A stretch of DNA of 64,000 nucleotides from Podarcis liolepis (Eukaryota), in NCBI GenBank assembly GCA_965112155.1, contig OZ218114.1. One strand, written 5' to 3'. The position numbers were made by a program, and so were the translations under genes. The notes below the pieces were generated by a model. It had not been told where the DNA came from and searched no databases. It saw only the letters and a list, made by a program, of their open reading frames with translations. Of this stretch, positions 12,580 through 23,751 are shown piece after piece. Position 1 is the stretch's first letter; each line of letters starts with the position of its first letter.

Positions 12580-12841
12580 TTATTTATACCCCACCCATCT
12601 GGCTGGGTTTCCCTAGCCACTCTGGGTGGCTCCCGATCGAATATTAAAAACACAATACAGCATTAAACATTAAAAACTTCCCTAAACAGGGCTGCCTTCA
12701 GACGTCTTTTAAAAGTAGGATAGTTGCTTATTTCCTTGAAATCTGATGGGAGGACGTTCCACAATAATAATAATAATGCCTTTTATAGGGGAGGAGGCAC
12801 TGGGAATGAGTTTATGGGATCAAAAATTTTGAGAACCACTG
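12255..12841. mobile_element. hAT-type non-autonomous transposon containing a nested L2 3' fragment (~12536-12763)
   Basis: TIR CAGTGGTTC(C/T)CAAA; 8-bp TSD CTCTGATA/CTTTGATA; (AAT)n L2 tail inside. Confidence 0.75.
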
Positions 12842-13914
12842 CTTTGATACATGTCTTGAAGAATGGACTACAATGATAATTCATAATCCATCCAATGACT
12901 AGTGGATTTTCTCCTCAGATTGGCCAGTATACCTGGATCCTCTTTCTTTTTTTTTTTAATGGAAGGAATGTAGATTTGCTGGCTTGAAGGAGTCACATAG
13001 AGCTAATTGTCCCACAGGAACTTTGTCCTGTAGAGGAAAAAAAACTTTGATCATGGAAAAAAAATTAGATAAATTCCTGCCCCTATAATTCCTGTTTATT
13101 AGCCCTGATAACAGGAATTGAGCTTCGATGTCCAAATAGGCAGTATACCTCTGGATACCCAATGCTGGGACCCAGTACATGGGGTGGCCATTACCTTGGT
13201 GCCTTCTTGGTGATGCCATCTGCTTCCAGAGTGCCTGGGTGGCCTTTATGGGAATTCTGGCTTTTGTGAACCTTTCTTGCGGTGCTGTTTAGTCTGAAAG
13301 AAGCAAGTTGATGGTGAATGTGCTATGCTGATATCCTACCTCAAAACAGGGAGCTGAATTAAAAGCCCCTTGAAATACAATCTAAGAGGTCACTGCCTCG
13401 AACTGAAATTAAATTTCAAGAAGTTTTGAGGCTGTGTTCTGAGCACCTTGGAAGCTTTTTGGGGATTCGTCTGTAGGAAGAGAAAAGAAAAGAAAAAAGT
13501 AGGAGCAGATAAGCTTTCCTTCCTTGGTCCTGAGTTGCAAGGGAGGGGGTCGAGGGTGTTTGTGGGTAGCCCAAGACACTTGGTCAGTTAATGTGAATGT
13601 GTTGCATAGAGCACATCCCAGGATTTTCTCCAGTGCATCTGCGCTCCTGCATCTCAGTTCACTGGAGTTAGAAAGAAAGTTTGGAAACTTCCAAGTGGAG
13701 GTACAGATTCCCCAGCTGCTGATAAGCTAGCTTTGCTTCCTAAACTGTGTGTCACGCAACACATTATTGTGCCGGCTGCGGTGAGTAGGGGCTGGAAAGG
13801 GGTTAGTTTAACCTCTGGTTTGCTAGTAAAACTGAATTGCAGTGTCACGAAATGATGTGTCACCAACATGAGAAGTTTGGAAAGCTCTGCTTTAGACCTT
13901 CTAGTCTCCTCAGA

Positions 13915-14082
13915 CAGTGGCGTAGTGTGGGTTGTCAGCACCCGGGGCAAGGCAAGTAATTTGCGCCCCCTAACCCGTGGATTTGCGCCCCCAACCCGTG
14001 GATTTGCGCCCCCTAACCCTAACCCCCAGATGTTGTGCGCCTGGTGCGGCCGCCCCCCCCGCCCCCCCCCACTACGCCACTG
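13915..14082. mobile_element. hAT MITE with CCCTAA motifs
   Basis: TIR CAGTGGCGTAG; perfect 8-bp TSD TCCTCAGA. Confidence 0.9.
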
Positions 14083-15407
14083 TCCTCAGATGAAACATCC
14101 CTGAGTCCTTCACTTGAAGGATCACCTCACCCCACATGTATGTGCCCACTCTCCTGCCTCTATGGAACAGGCACTTTGACAAGGGCCATATCATATTCAT
14201 TCCGCGCTTGCAAAGAATCAGTCCTGCAATGTGGTAGCACTTCAAACTCCCTGTCTATTGACATCAGGCGGGAGCCTTCACTGTATTGTTTTCAGTACCT
14301 GCTGGAAAAAAGTTTAGGCAAGCCCATCTAAGTATGTATGTATGTTTGTTGGTTTAAAAGTTGCTGGCTTTATTTGTATTTTTTTAATATCACTTCAATA
14401 TCAGCTTGTTTTGTATGCTTGATGAATGGTTTCTGTAAACTGTTTCAATGGCATTGTTGATTAGTATAGAAAACTTGTTAGATAAATAAATATGACCACA
14501 TTCGCCTTGCAGGGCTCAGCATAACCGCTCTTGAACTCTGCAGCCAGTTGCCTTTTCGGCCCATCAGCCTTCCCCCGCAGCTCTACTATTTGTGATATTC
14601 CATCCTGTGTCATCTGCAAAGGCCTTAAGTCTGATGGATTGGAATGTATCCAATATTCACCCTACTCAGAGTAGACCCATTGAAACGAATGGCTATGACT
14701 GAGCTTAGCTCTGTCCATTTCATATGGATATCACCTGACAATCTCTCTTGCAGACTTTGCAAGTTCAAGGTGACTTATTCCAAGAAGAGATCTGGAGCCT
14801 ATTATTTCTAATCTCCACCTCCTCGCCTTTCTCTCTCTGCCGGCTCCTCCTGAGCCAATCAGGGAGCTTCCAGGGCTGGGTTTGAAGGGCTCCTCCCTCC
14901 CAAAGTGCAAAATTACACCTCTCTTTCCTAAGCCTCGCTCTGTAAACAGCAGAGCCCTTTGCTTTCATGTGTGCAGCGATTAAAAAGGGGGAAAGGAAAA
15001 ACAGAGGAGGATTGTCGCTTACTCAGCAAAGCTGGTTTAGAAAATGTGGCCGGCTTCCAGATTGCTGGGTGCATTTGCATCGATGTGACTGAAGGGCTTC
15101 ACTGAGCCTTCTCTCGCCTGCACAGCCAAGAGGTGCCCGGTATTGACATCTAAAATTGCAGCAGGCTCCACAGTCCTGTAAGTTGCCGGCTGTTTGAATT
15201 TGGGGGTGAGGGTGGTGGTTTCTTTTTTTTCCCCCTTTCCCAGATTTTCTTTCTGTTTTGCTTCCTCCAACTTTGTGGTTCCGAGTTTGCTCCTTTGATT
15301 TGACAGTTGGCACAGGGACTCGCCTTCTGGACCCCTCTGCTGGTGGCTAATTTTTTTGCAGGAATAAAAAAAGTGCAGGGCCTCCCTGTGATGAAGGGAT
15401 GAATGAA

Positions 15408-15416
15408 TGATGCAAT
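15408..15416 (+). promoter_or_regulatory. C/EBP-ATF (ATF4) response element
   Basis: TGATGCAAT consensus; PSPH is an established ATF4 target in mammals. Confidence 0.5.
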
Positions 15417-15778
15417 CCTGAACAGGCAAAGCATCAGCATCTGTCCTGATGCATGCAGGATGTTCAGGATGCCTCGCTCTGAGGTTCTGCTTTCCCTCTG
15501 AGGAAGGATGGGTCAGAGAGAAGCTGAATTCAAACTATCAACAGTACTGGTTAGAAACAAACAGAAATTTCAACTTCCATATAAATTGTCTGAGGATAGC
15601 AGGTAGATCCTGCTTCTTAATACTTAAGAACAGCTGGATCAGACAAAAAGTCCCATCTAGTCAAATAGTGTCTAGCCAGACAATCTTTCCAGGAAGCCCT
15701 CAAGAAGCGATGGTGATTCCAGTGATTTGGCTGTCAGAGGTATGCACTCTCTGACCATGGAGGTTCTCTGAGTCAACT

Positions 15779-15899
15779 TTTGCCAACTTGGTGGCATCCA
15801 GCTGTTTTGAACTACAACTCCCATCAGCCCCAGCCAGCATTCTGGCTGGGGTTGATGGAAATGTAGTCCAAAACAGCTGGATGCCACCAAGTTGGCAAA
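15779..15899. mobile_element. Short palindromic MITE (ACTACAACTCCCATC family, many copies in the window)
   Basis: Near-perfect fold-back: TTTGCCAACTTGGTGGCATCCAGCTGTTTT...AAAACAGCTGGATGCCACCAAGTTGGCAAA. Confidence 0.75.
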
Positions 15900-18803
15900 T
15901 ACTACATTAAGCTATTGTCACTAAAAGTTCTGTTATCTTTTATTTTCCATTGATTTTTCCCTATCATTTTTAAAAGCTACACACAGTGCATTCCTAACAA
16001 TCCTACTCAGAAGTAAGTCCCAACGAATCCTGTGGGGCTTACTCCCAACAGGTAAGTAGGGTTAGGACCGCAACCTTAAGCTACTTAGTTAATTGCACAC
16101 TGAGTGAAGAAAGCAGTTCAGGTCTTTTACCCACAAGGGTGAGTGCATTAAAAGCCGATCTGAGTGAGGTCATCCGTGCCAGAGAGAAAACACAAGCTAA
16201 TGTGGAGGGGAGGCTTTTTAAAAGGAAGACTATTCTTCTGGAAGAATAAATTATGTAAGAGCCCTCCCATTCCCCAAAGCTGCAATCCTGTACTCAGTTA
16301 TGTATGCACACAGAAGGGCCCTCTTGTTCCAGCGGGAAGCATATGATGTAACTTGGTGTAGGATTGCAACATCTGTTTGTGTATGCTCTCTTCTCACTGA
16401 ACTGTTTGCCCTTCTCAGCCTTTCAGCACTAAGGACAATGCCCCAGACTGGTCAGCAGTTCAGTGAGGGCATAGAAAGTGTGGGGCAGGGGAGATATGGA
16501 CACCCAGCAAACTGGGATTCATAAGTAGACCACGGAATCACCCTGATTACAGGAAGCCTCTCCCAGATCCTGCTAATTCCAAGCTTTCCAGGACCTACTT
16601 GCATACAGGCTATTTTATGCCTCCACCAGGCCTAGAAACTTGAAGGTTTTCTTTTTAAATCTAAAGTTCTCAGGAAGCTGGGTTTCTTCCAAGGGCAGAT
16701 ACCAAATGCCACACAGAAAGCTTGCAGCCTGGCTGGAATCAGATTTTATGACTAGCATGGTATGACTTGTTTTCTGAAGATAGAAAAGGGGGAAATGAAC
16801 ACTTCTCATGCAATCTGTCAAATGCAAATCATAAATTGAAGTGTGCTGTAATTACTGGTTCACTTCAGAAGCTGTTGTTGTTGTTGCTTTTTACCCAAGA
16901 TCTGGTCCCAAAGTAGTTTATTTATTAAAATTATTGTGTTCATGTCCTACTTGTGGGCTTCCTTTGAGGAATCTGGCTGGTCCTTGTGGAAATAGGATGC
17001 TGAGCTCACCCTTCCCAAACACCCTATGCCAGAACAATCAAACAAACAAAGCAATCCAATTCATTCTCACTTCCCCCATTCTGTTTTCTTCTTTCATCCA
17101 CACCCCTAGCAGACCAGGAATGGGACCATCACCTTGCTGCAACTACGTAGGTTTGGGTCTGGCCAGTGTCTTTGTGGGAGACGGCTTAGGAACCACATGT
17201 TGACCACCTTGGGTTTTATGACAGAAGAAAAGTAGGATATAAATGTACAGAAATAAACAAAAATAAAGAAAATATAGTGAAACCACATAGCAAGAGGTGG
17301 TGACGCCCACTAGCTTGAATGGATTTAAAAGAAGGTTAGACAAAGGGTTTGTCCACACTTCTGCTTGTTCCATGCCTGGAAAGCAAGGGCCTACGAGGTT
17401 TTCTGTTTGCCCCACTGCTTGCCCCAGGAAAACCCACTCTTTACTGCTAGATCAGAACAAACGTCAATCCGCAGAGAACCTGACTGATGTTTGTTCCGAT
17501 TCAGTGGTAAGGATCAGGTTTTCCTGGGAGAGAAGTGGTGAGACGAGCAGGTGTGGACAAGCCCCAAAACAGAGGAGGATAAGGCTAGCAATGGCTACTA
17601 GCCACAATGGCTATGTCTTACCTCTGCTGTATGTCTCTGAATGCCAGCGAGACTGATGGGAGTTGCAGTCCAAAACACCAGGAAAGGGGGGGGGCAGGTT
17701 TGTGAAGTCTGTCCTAAGGTCATTTCTACGAAGGCATAAATAATAATAGTGAAGCAAAACACTGACCCCAAACCACATCTTTTTATTACTGTGTTAATAA
17801 TAATGCTTCTTATTTCTACAAATCACAGCCTGTGACTGTTTGTAACATCTCTGTGTGCCCCATGAAATCCTGATCCTGCCCAACTCAGGGAGACACCAAA
17901 CTAAATGCAACCTGCAATCCATGGATCATGGCCATTGAAGCGGTTGGCAGTTTCCCTCTTATCGTAATCCCAGGCAGCCAGCAAAAATCGGGAGGGGATT
18001 ATCAAGGTCCTGGCTGGCCATTGGACATGGCTGTAGGAGCAGCATATGGTTCAGTGGGTTGCGTTGGCTCTTGCTATTGCCTGCAAGCTCCTACTTTTTC
18101 CATATACTGCTAGCTGAGTTGCTTTTGATGCCACAGAATACTCCTACACATCCAGAGTTCTCAAGGGAAAGATCTGAGCAGAAGGGTGTTGACAGTGCAG
18201 TTGCTGTGAAGGAAGTTTAGGGAAAGGATCATTTGGATATGAGAGGAAAAAATCCAACAGGGCTTAGGGGTAGGAGGGGCTGGCTGCTGTTGATAGAAAG
18301 GAAGGTTTGGGGATGGATGAGCAGGAAGTGAAGGAAAAGAAAGTCCAAAAGAATTGCAGGGAAACTAGAATTGGATTCATTTGCATATTGGTCATATGCA
18401 GCCATGTCTAGAGGTCAATATGAAATACAGTTTATGAAACTGCATTATCTGCATAAGCTTTGAAGCCAGGTGTGCATTTCTAAATTTCTCAAAGAGCCTT
18501 GCTTGTAGATTTCCTGAAGCCATAGCCTCCACTTTGCAAAATCTCAAAAGTGTTTTGTATGCACCAGCTAGGGCTGATGGGAGTTGTAGTCTAACAGTAT
18601 CTAGAGGACACCAGGTTGATGTTAACCCTCGATGTCCATGTTTGGAAAAATGAAAAATCCAGACTCATGGTTCTGACTGAGCAGCAGGACCCGTTAAGTC
18701 TCCATAACCTTCTCAACTTTTGCAAGAAGGATTGGCTTGTTGAAGAAGATCCTCTTGCAGTATGTCTGGCGCCAACGTCACTTTCTGGCAACCTCATCCT
18801 TGC

Positions 18804-19058
18804 CTTGCATCATATGGTCCTGTTGCAACCCAGCCTTGGACGGTGGGCGTTACATCATGATTTGAGGACATTATGACGCAGATGCCTTGGCACTGCCCTC
18901 CAGGGTCGCTCTTTCAAAACTGGCAGCCCAGCACAGAGCTCTGGGTTCTGGTTGGATGTTCAGCCTTCCCTAGGGCCTGGAAAAAACCTCAGGTAGCTGG
19001 GCCTGTTCCAAAGATGTCAACACGTGCCTTGCTGACTCTATTGTGCAATGTTGCGTCA
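18804..19058. promoter_or_regulatory. Candidate ATF4/C-EBP enhancer upstream of the PSPH coding exons
   Basis: CTTGCATCA 18804, GTTACATCA 18849, ATTGTGCAAT 19040, GTTGCGTCA 19050. Confidence 0.5.
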
Positions 19059-19831
19059 CTGCGCAAGGTGTCCCAGCCCTGCCCCAGAGTCAAAGCTCCC
19101 TCCTCCCACCCCACTGCAGCTCTGCCTGGCTCAGAACCAACAGGCAAGTCAAGGCTGCAAAGCAGGCTATGAGGCCTACCAGGACAGCAAGACTGTTTCA
19201 GAGTCTGTCTGTATCCGCACCACAACAAACGTAAACCTCCTTCGTTCATAGCTGCACCTTACCCAGGAAACCCTGAGAACTGCAGTGCACATCTGGAGGG
19301 CAGAGTAGTGCCCTCCAGATGCTGCAGAATCACAACTCCCATCATCACCCCTGTCCGTCAGCTGTGTTGTCTGCCGGGGCTGATGGGAGTTGTGGTCCAA
19401 CAACCACCATGTTGCTTGCCCCTGTATAGAATTCTCAAGACCAAATGATGCTTCAAAATATTCTTTGGACTTAGCTATGGCAATAAAAGTGATGTGACAG
19501 CCAGTTCCTAGTCAGTTGTAGTGGTAACCGTTGTATCAGGGTATCATCAGGGGGCAATACAAGGAAATTGGAAGCCTCTAAGTCAGCCTTTCTCAGGCTT
19601 AGGGCCCCAGATATTGTTGGACTACAACTCCATCCCTAGCTACAAGGATCAGGGGTCAGGGAGTTGTAGTCCAACAATATCTGGGGACCCCAGTTTGAGA
19701 AAGGCTGCTCTAGATACATGGGTAGTTGGTATGGGGCCCTCCATAAGTTGTTGGGCTACAACTGACATCACCCCTGACCATTGGGAAATGAAGTCCAACA
19801 ATATTTGGAGGGAATCATATTGGCTACCCCT

Positions 19832-20080
19832 ACTCCAATACTTTGGCCACCTCATGAGAAGAGAAGACTCTCTGGAAAAGACCCTGATGTTGGGAAAGAT
19901 GGAGGGCACAAGGAGAAGGGGACGACAGAGGACGAGGTGGTTGGACAGTGTTCTCGAAGCTACCAGCATGAGTTTGACCAAACTGCGGGAGGCAGTGGAA
20001 GACAGGAGTGCCTGGCGTGCTCTGGTCCATGGGGTCACGAAGAGTCGGACACAACTAAACGACTAAACAACAACAACAAC
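19832..20080 (+). mobile_element. BovB (RTE) LINE 3' end
   Basis: LQYFGHLMRREDSLEKTLMLGKMEG...WRALVHGVTKSRT followed by a (CAA)n tail. Confidence 0.92.
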
Positions 20081-21006
20081 ACTCTTAAGAATATTCCCCA
20101 GGCAAATGCCATCCCTTGGGGGACTTAGTGTGGAGGGCTGTCCCGCCTTGATCCCTGGGGCGTTTATATAGAAGGGGGAGATACCTGACTTAGTACACAT
20201 TTAAAAGTGAACATACCTAATTTGCACTTTCTGAAACAAAATGTGAACCGATGCACAACCATGCTTTACAATTCACACTTTCCGAAATATTGCAATGCAG
20301 TTTTCCAGTCAAGTAATGTGTACAAAAATACATGTACTGGAGTAAAGTATACATATAAGTGCATATATTAGTGGAAACAATATTTTTACAGTATTTTATA
20401 AGGGGAATTGTTCTGCAAAAATGTGCTTTCTTTGGGCATCCTTTGTGGCACCAAGGTGTGTCTGGCACCTTCACTATAAAGCTTTCATCCTATGCTGAAG
20501 ACGCACCTCTTCACCCTGTCCTTAGACAACTGATATAAACTTAAGATCCACTCTATTTGTGACTGTAATTTATTTTTAAGCTGTTTTTATTATTGTACTT
20601 TACACTGTTGTGATTATTTGATGAAACAGGAGAGGAGGCAGCCAGCTCTGGAGGGAATAGCATTCTCTTCCAAGAGGTTCACTAAATGCCAAAATCTCTT
20701 ATTTGACTCTTTACGTCAGTGAAGGCAGCAGCTCCCAGAAGGGTTAACTCAGCCAGGGAGCCAACCTTGACTGATTGCCCACTCCTGCACTGCCCCCATG
20801 GCCAGCAAATCAGCAGCCACTTCCGCCCCCCTCTACTGCCACCCACTCCCTCTCAAAAAGGAGTCACACGGCTCGCTTCTCCCTCTCTACACCAAGCTAC
20901 CAGCCCCACAGGACCCTCTTCCAAGATGGCTCAACACAGGGTTCAGTGTGCCGATATCCAGAACGACCTCATCTTCCTCTCCCACAACAGGAAGCCCGTC
21001 AAAAGG

Positions 21007-21146
21007 ATGTCCTCTCTTATGGAGCTGAAGGAAGTCTTCCAAAACGCTGATGCCGTCTGCTTTGATGTGGACAGCACGGTCATCAAAGAGGAAGGCATCG
21101 ACGAGCTGGCGAAATTCTGCGGCGTTGGAGACGCAGTGGCCGAAAT
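21007..21146 (+). CDS. PSPH: Phosphoserine phosphatase, coding exon 1
   Basis: [40 protein letters not shown]; HAD motif I DVDST; donor AT|GTACGT; 140 nt. Confidence 0.95.
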
Positions 21147-22679
21147 GTACGTAAGGCTGTCTCTCATTTGCTTCTGCAGAGATCTGTCCCCTCCCTTCCC
21201 AAGGGGCAAAGGCGTTGAGCTCCATCCCCGACCCGGATCCTGCCATACCTGATACCAGCTGGCTGTTGGGGAAGCCTTTTTTGTAAGCAGGCTAGTGAGA
21301 ATTTGTAAAGGCTAGTCTTTGGGGTGGGGGACCTAAATGCAAGAATGAACATTTGGGGGATGCTGCTGAGAAGTGGCTGAGAGACACCTCTGGGCCTGGC
21401 CTCTACGGCATCCTTTCAGGACAGGAGCCTCTTGCGGGGGTAGGGAGGGCAAGCTCTGAGGCTGGGCATGGGCCACTACTGGCAAACCTTGTTACCATGC
21501 ATTAGGCAGAGAAAGCAGCCATTCCTTGCATGTTTGTGTAAGGTGTAATGAAGTTGCTTTAAGAACTTTTCCCTTTTTCGCACTTAGACTCTGACTTCTG
21601 TGTGCTGTGAGGCTCTACAGTGGTCTCCCATCCACATTCTGGACCAAGCCCATACCTCCTTAGCTTTGCCACAAGGTTATGTGAGCAGAGAGCACTTACC
21701 AACTTCCTTTCCCTGGCATACTGAACTATCAGGCAACCATCCTTCTTTCCCAACCCATCAGCAATCTTCTCTCCAACCTGAAAAACTTGTCTGCTTGTGG
21801 CTCAGTCTGAAACTCCTGGCAGGTCTGAGGATGGTTTAGCTCAGCCCTCCAGATGTTTTGGGCTACACTTCCTATCAGTCCCAGCTAACAGGAGGTGTCG
21901 TCCAAAACATCAGGATGGCATAAAGGTTTGGGATGGCAGGCTTAGTGGGGCCATTCTGTACGGTGACCCCAAACCATAGGAAACACAACTAGATCATGTG
22001 CTTCCACATCTGGTGTGGGATAAGCCACCTTTTAGAGTTTCACAGAACTCATCAGGCAGAATGGAATGCAGCATTTCCTGATTCACTTGGGATCCAGCTG
22101 GCTAAATCTTCACCCCGCACAGCAGCCCCTAGGAACCCACCTTGATTTATCCATCTGGGACTGATAGGAGTTGCCATCCAAATCATCTGAAGTGTTTATG
22201 GCTGATTTGGGCATTATAGCCGCAGATTGATGCTGTGGCTCCCTCCTCCTCGATCAATTTAATCCTCTTTTAAGGCCATCTAACGGTCAAAATGACCGTG
22301 CCATTAATGGGCTACATGTGTAGTTTTAAACATGTAAATAGCAGCAGAGGATCATGACTGAGACTGCAGTAAACACAGATGGGTTTTTTTAAAGGGGGCA
22401 GGGAGGAGCAGCTCCCTCCCCAATACATAAAAATACATAGCTAACTGAGGTTCTGCCCCCCCCAAAAAAATACTGGCTACGCCCACGAAGGTGGACAGCC
22501 CTTGATCTGATCCAGCGGCCATCCTCTTAAATGAGGAACTGAAGCAGACTTCATTTTACCTTGACGTAGCATAACTGCTTGTGTATGTAAAGCAAACACA
22601 CACACACAGCTGAATGGCTTTATTTTTGCCCTTAGAAAGCCTGTCTGTATTTCTCTGATTTCTCTGAATCTCAATTTAG

Positions 22680-22814
22680 GACTCGAAGAGCGATGGGTGG
22701 CACTGTAACGTTCAAGGCTGCTTTGACTGCCCGGCTAGGCCTCATCCGCCCCTCCTATGAACAAGTGCAGAAATTGATATCGGAGCATCCGCCCCAGTTA
22801 ACACCGGGAATAAG
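22680..22814 (+). CDS. PSPH: PSPH coding exon 2
   Basis: TRRAMGGTVTFKAALTARLGLIRPSYEQVQKLISEHPPQLTPGI; TAG acceptor, GTAAGA donor; 135 nt. Confidence 0.95.
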
Positions 22815-23605
22815 GTAAGAGGCATTCTGAACAGTTGGACTCCATGTCCATCCATGGATACGTCTTCCACATTATCTCCTCCTCATGGGTTATGATTCCT
22901 GAAGAATTGGCTGTAGCAACATTTGAAGCGGGTAGGGAGGATCAAAGACCTACTGTACAATTACGAATTCCACCTTCTTAACCAGGCAGAAAGAGGCTGG
23001 AAGGCGTCCTTTTCAGTGGGGGAAACCTGTATCTGTCTTTCCCTTTCCCAACACTGTTTGGGACACGCTTGTGAGAGAAAGGAGCCACTGAACTGCATCA
23101 GGGATTCCTCACCTTGTGGTGAGATCCCTCTGCAAAAAGCAATTGTGAAAACTAACAAAAGGGAGAGCGTGTGGATCCATTCTCCTGGCATCTAATGCCC
23201 CCTTTGTTTGCTCCAGTTACCTTTTAGCAGCAGATGCTCCCCAGTCAATTGCACCCCAGTCCTTATGGGTCCCAGAGAAAAGCCTGACAATGTAGAATTG
23301 GAAGGAACAAAATGGGGGGGGGGGTCATTCAGCTCCCTGCATGTAAGCAAGACTCTTCTTCACTCACCAACATCCTTTCTAAAATGGCTCAGCATAGAGG
23401 AAGACCTGTGAGGAAGTCCATGGCCACTTACTTTCCTGGGCCATTCCTTTATTTGAAGCATGTTACTGAGCCTGGAAGCCTTTCTTGCACTGTGCTGCAG
23501 CTGTGTGTGAAGGGGGTGGAGGCAGGGCAGAAGGCAAAAGAGAAGCATCTTAATGAATCCTGCCCTGACACATGGACCTTAGCCACCCTCTCCTGTTCCT
23601 CACAG

Positions 23606-23751
23606 GGAACTAGTCAACCGGCTCCACCAGCGAGGTGTCCAGGTCTTCTTAATCTCCGGGGGGTTTCAGAGCATCGTGGAACACGTGGCTTTGCAGCTCA
23701 ACATCCCAACAGCAAACGTCTTTGCCAACAGGTTGAAGTTCTACTTCAATG
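23606..23751 (+). CDS. PSPH: PSPH coding exon 3
   Basis: ELVNRLHQRGVQVFLISGGFQSIVEHVALQLNIPTANVFANRLKFYFN; motif II ISGGF; 146 nt. Confidence 0.95.
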
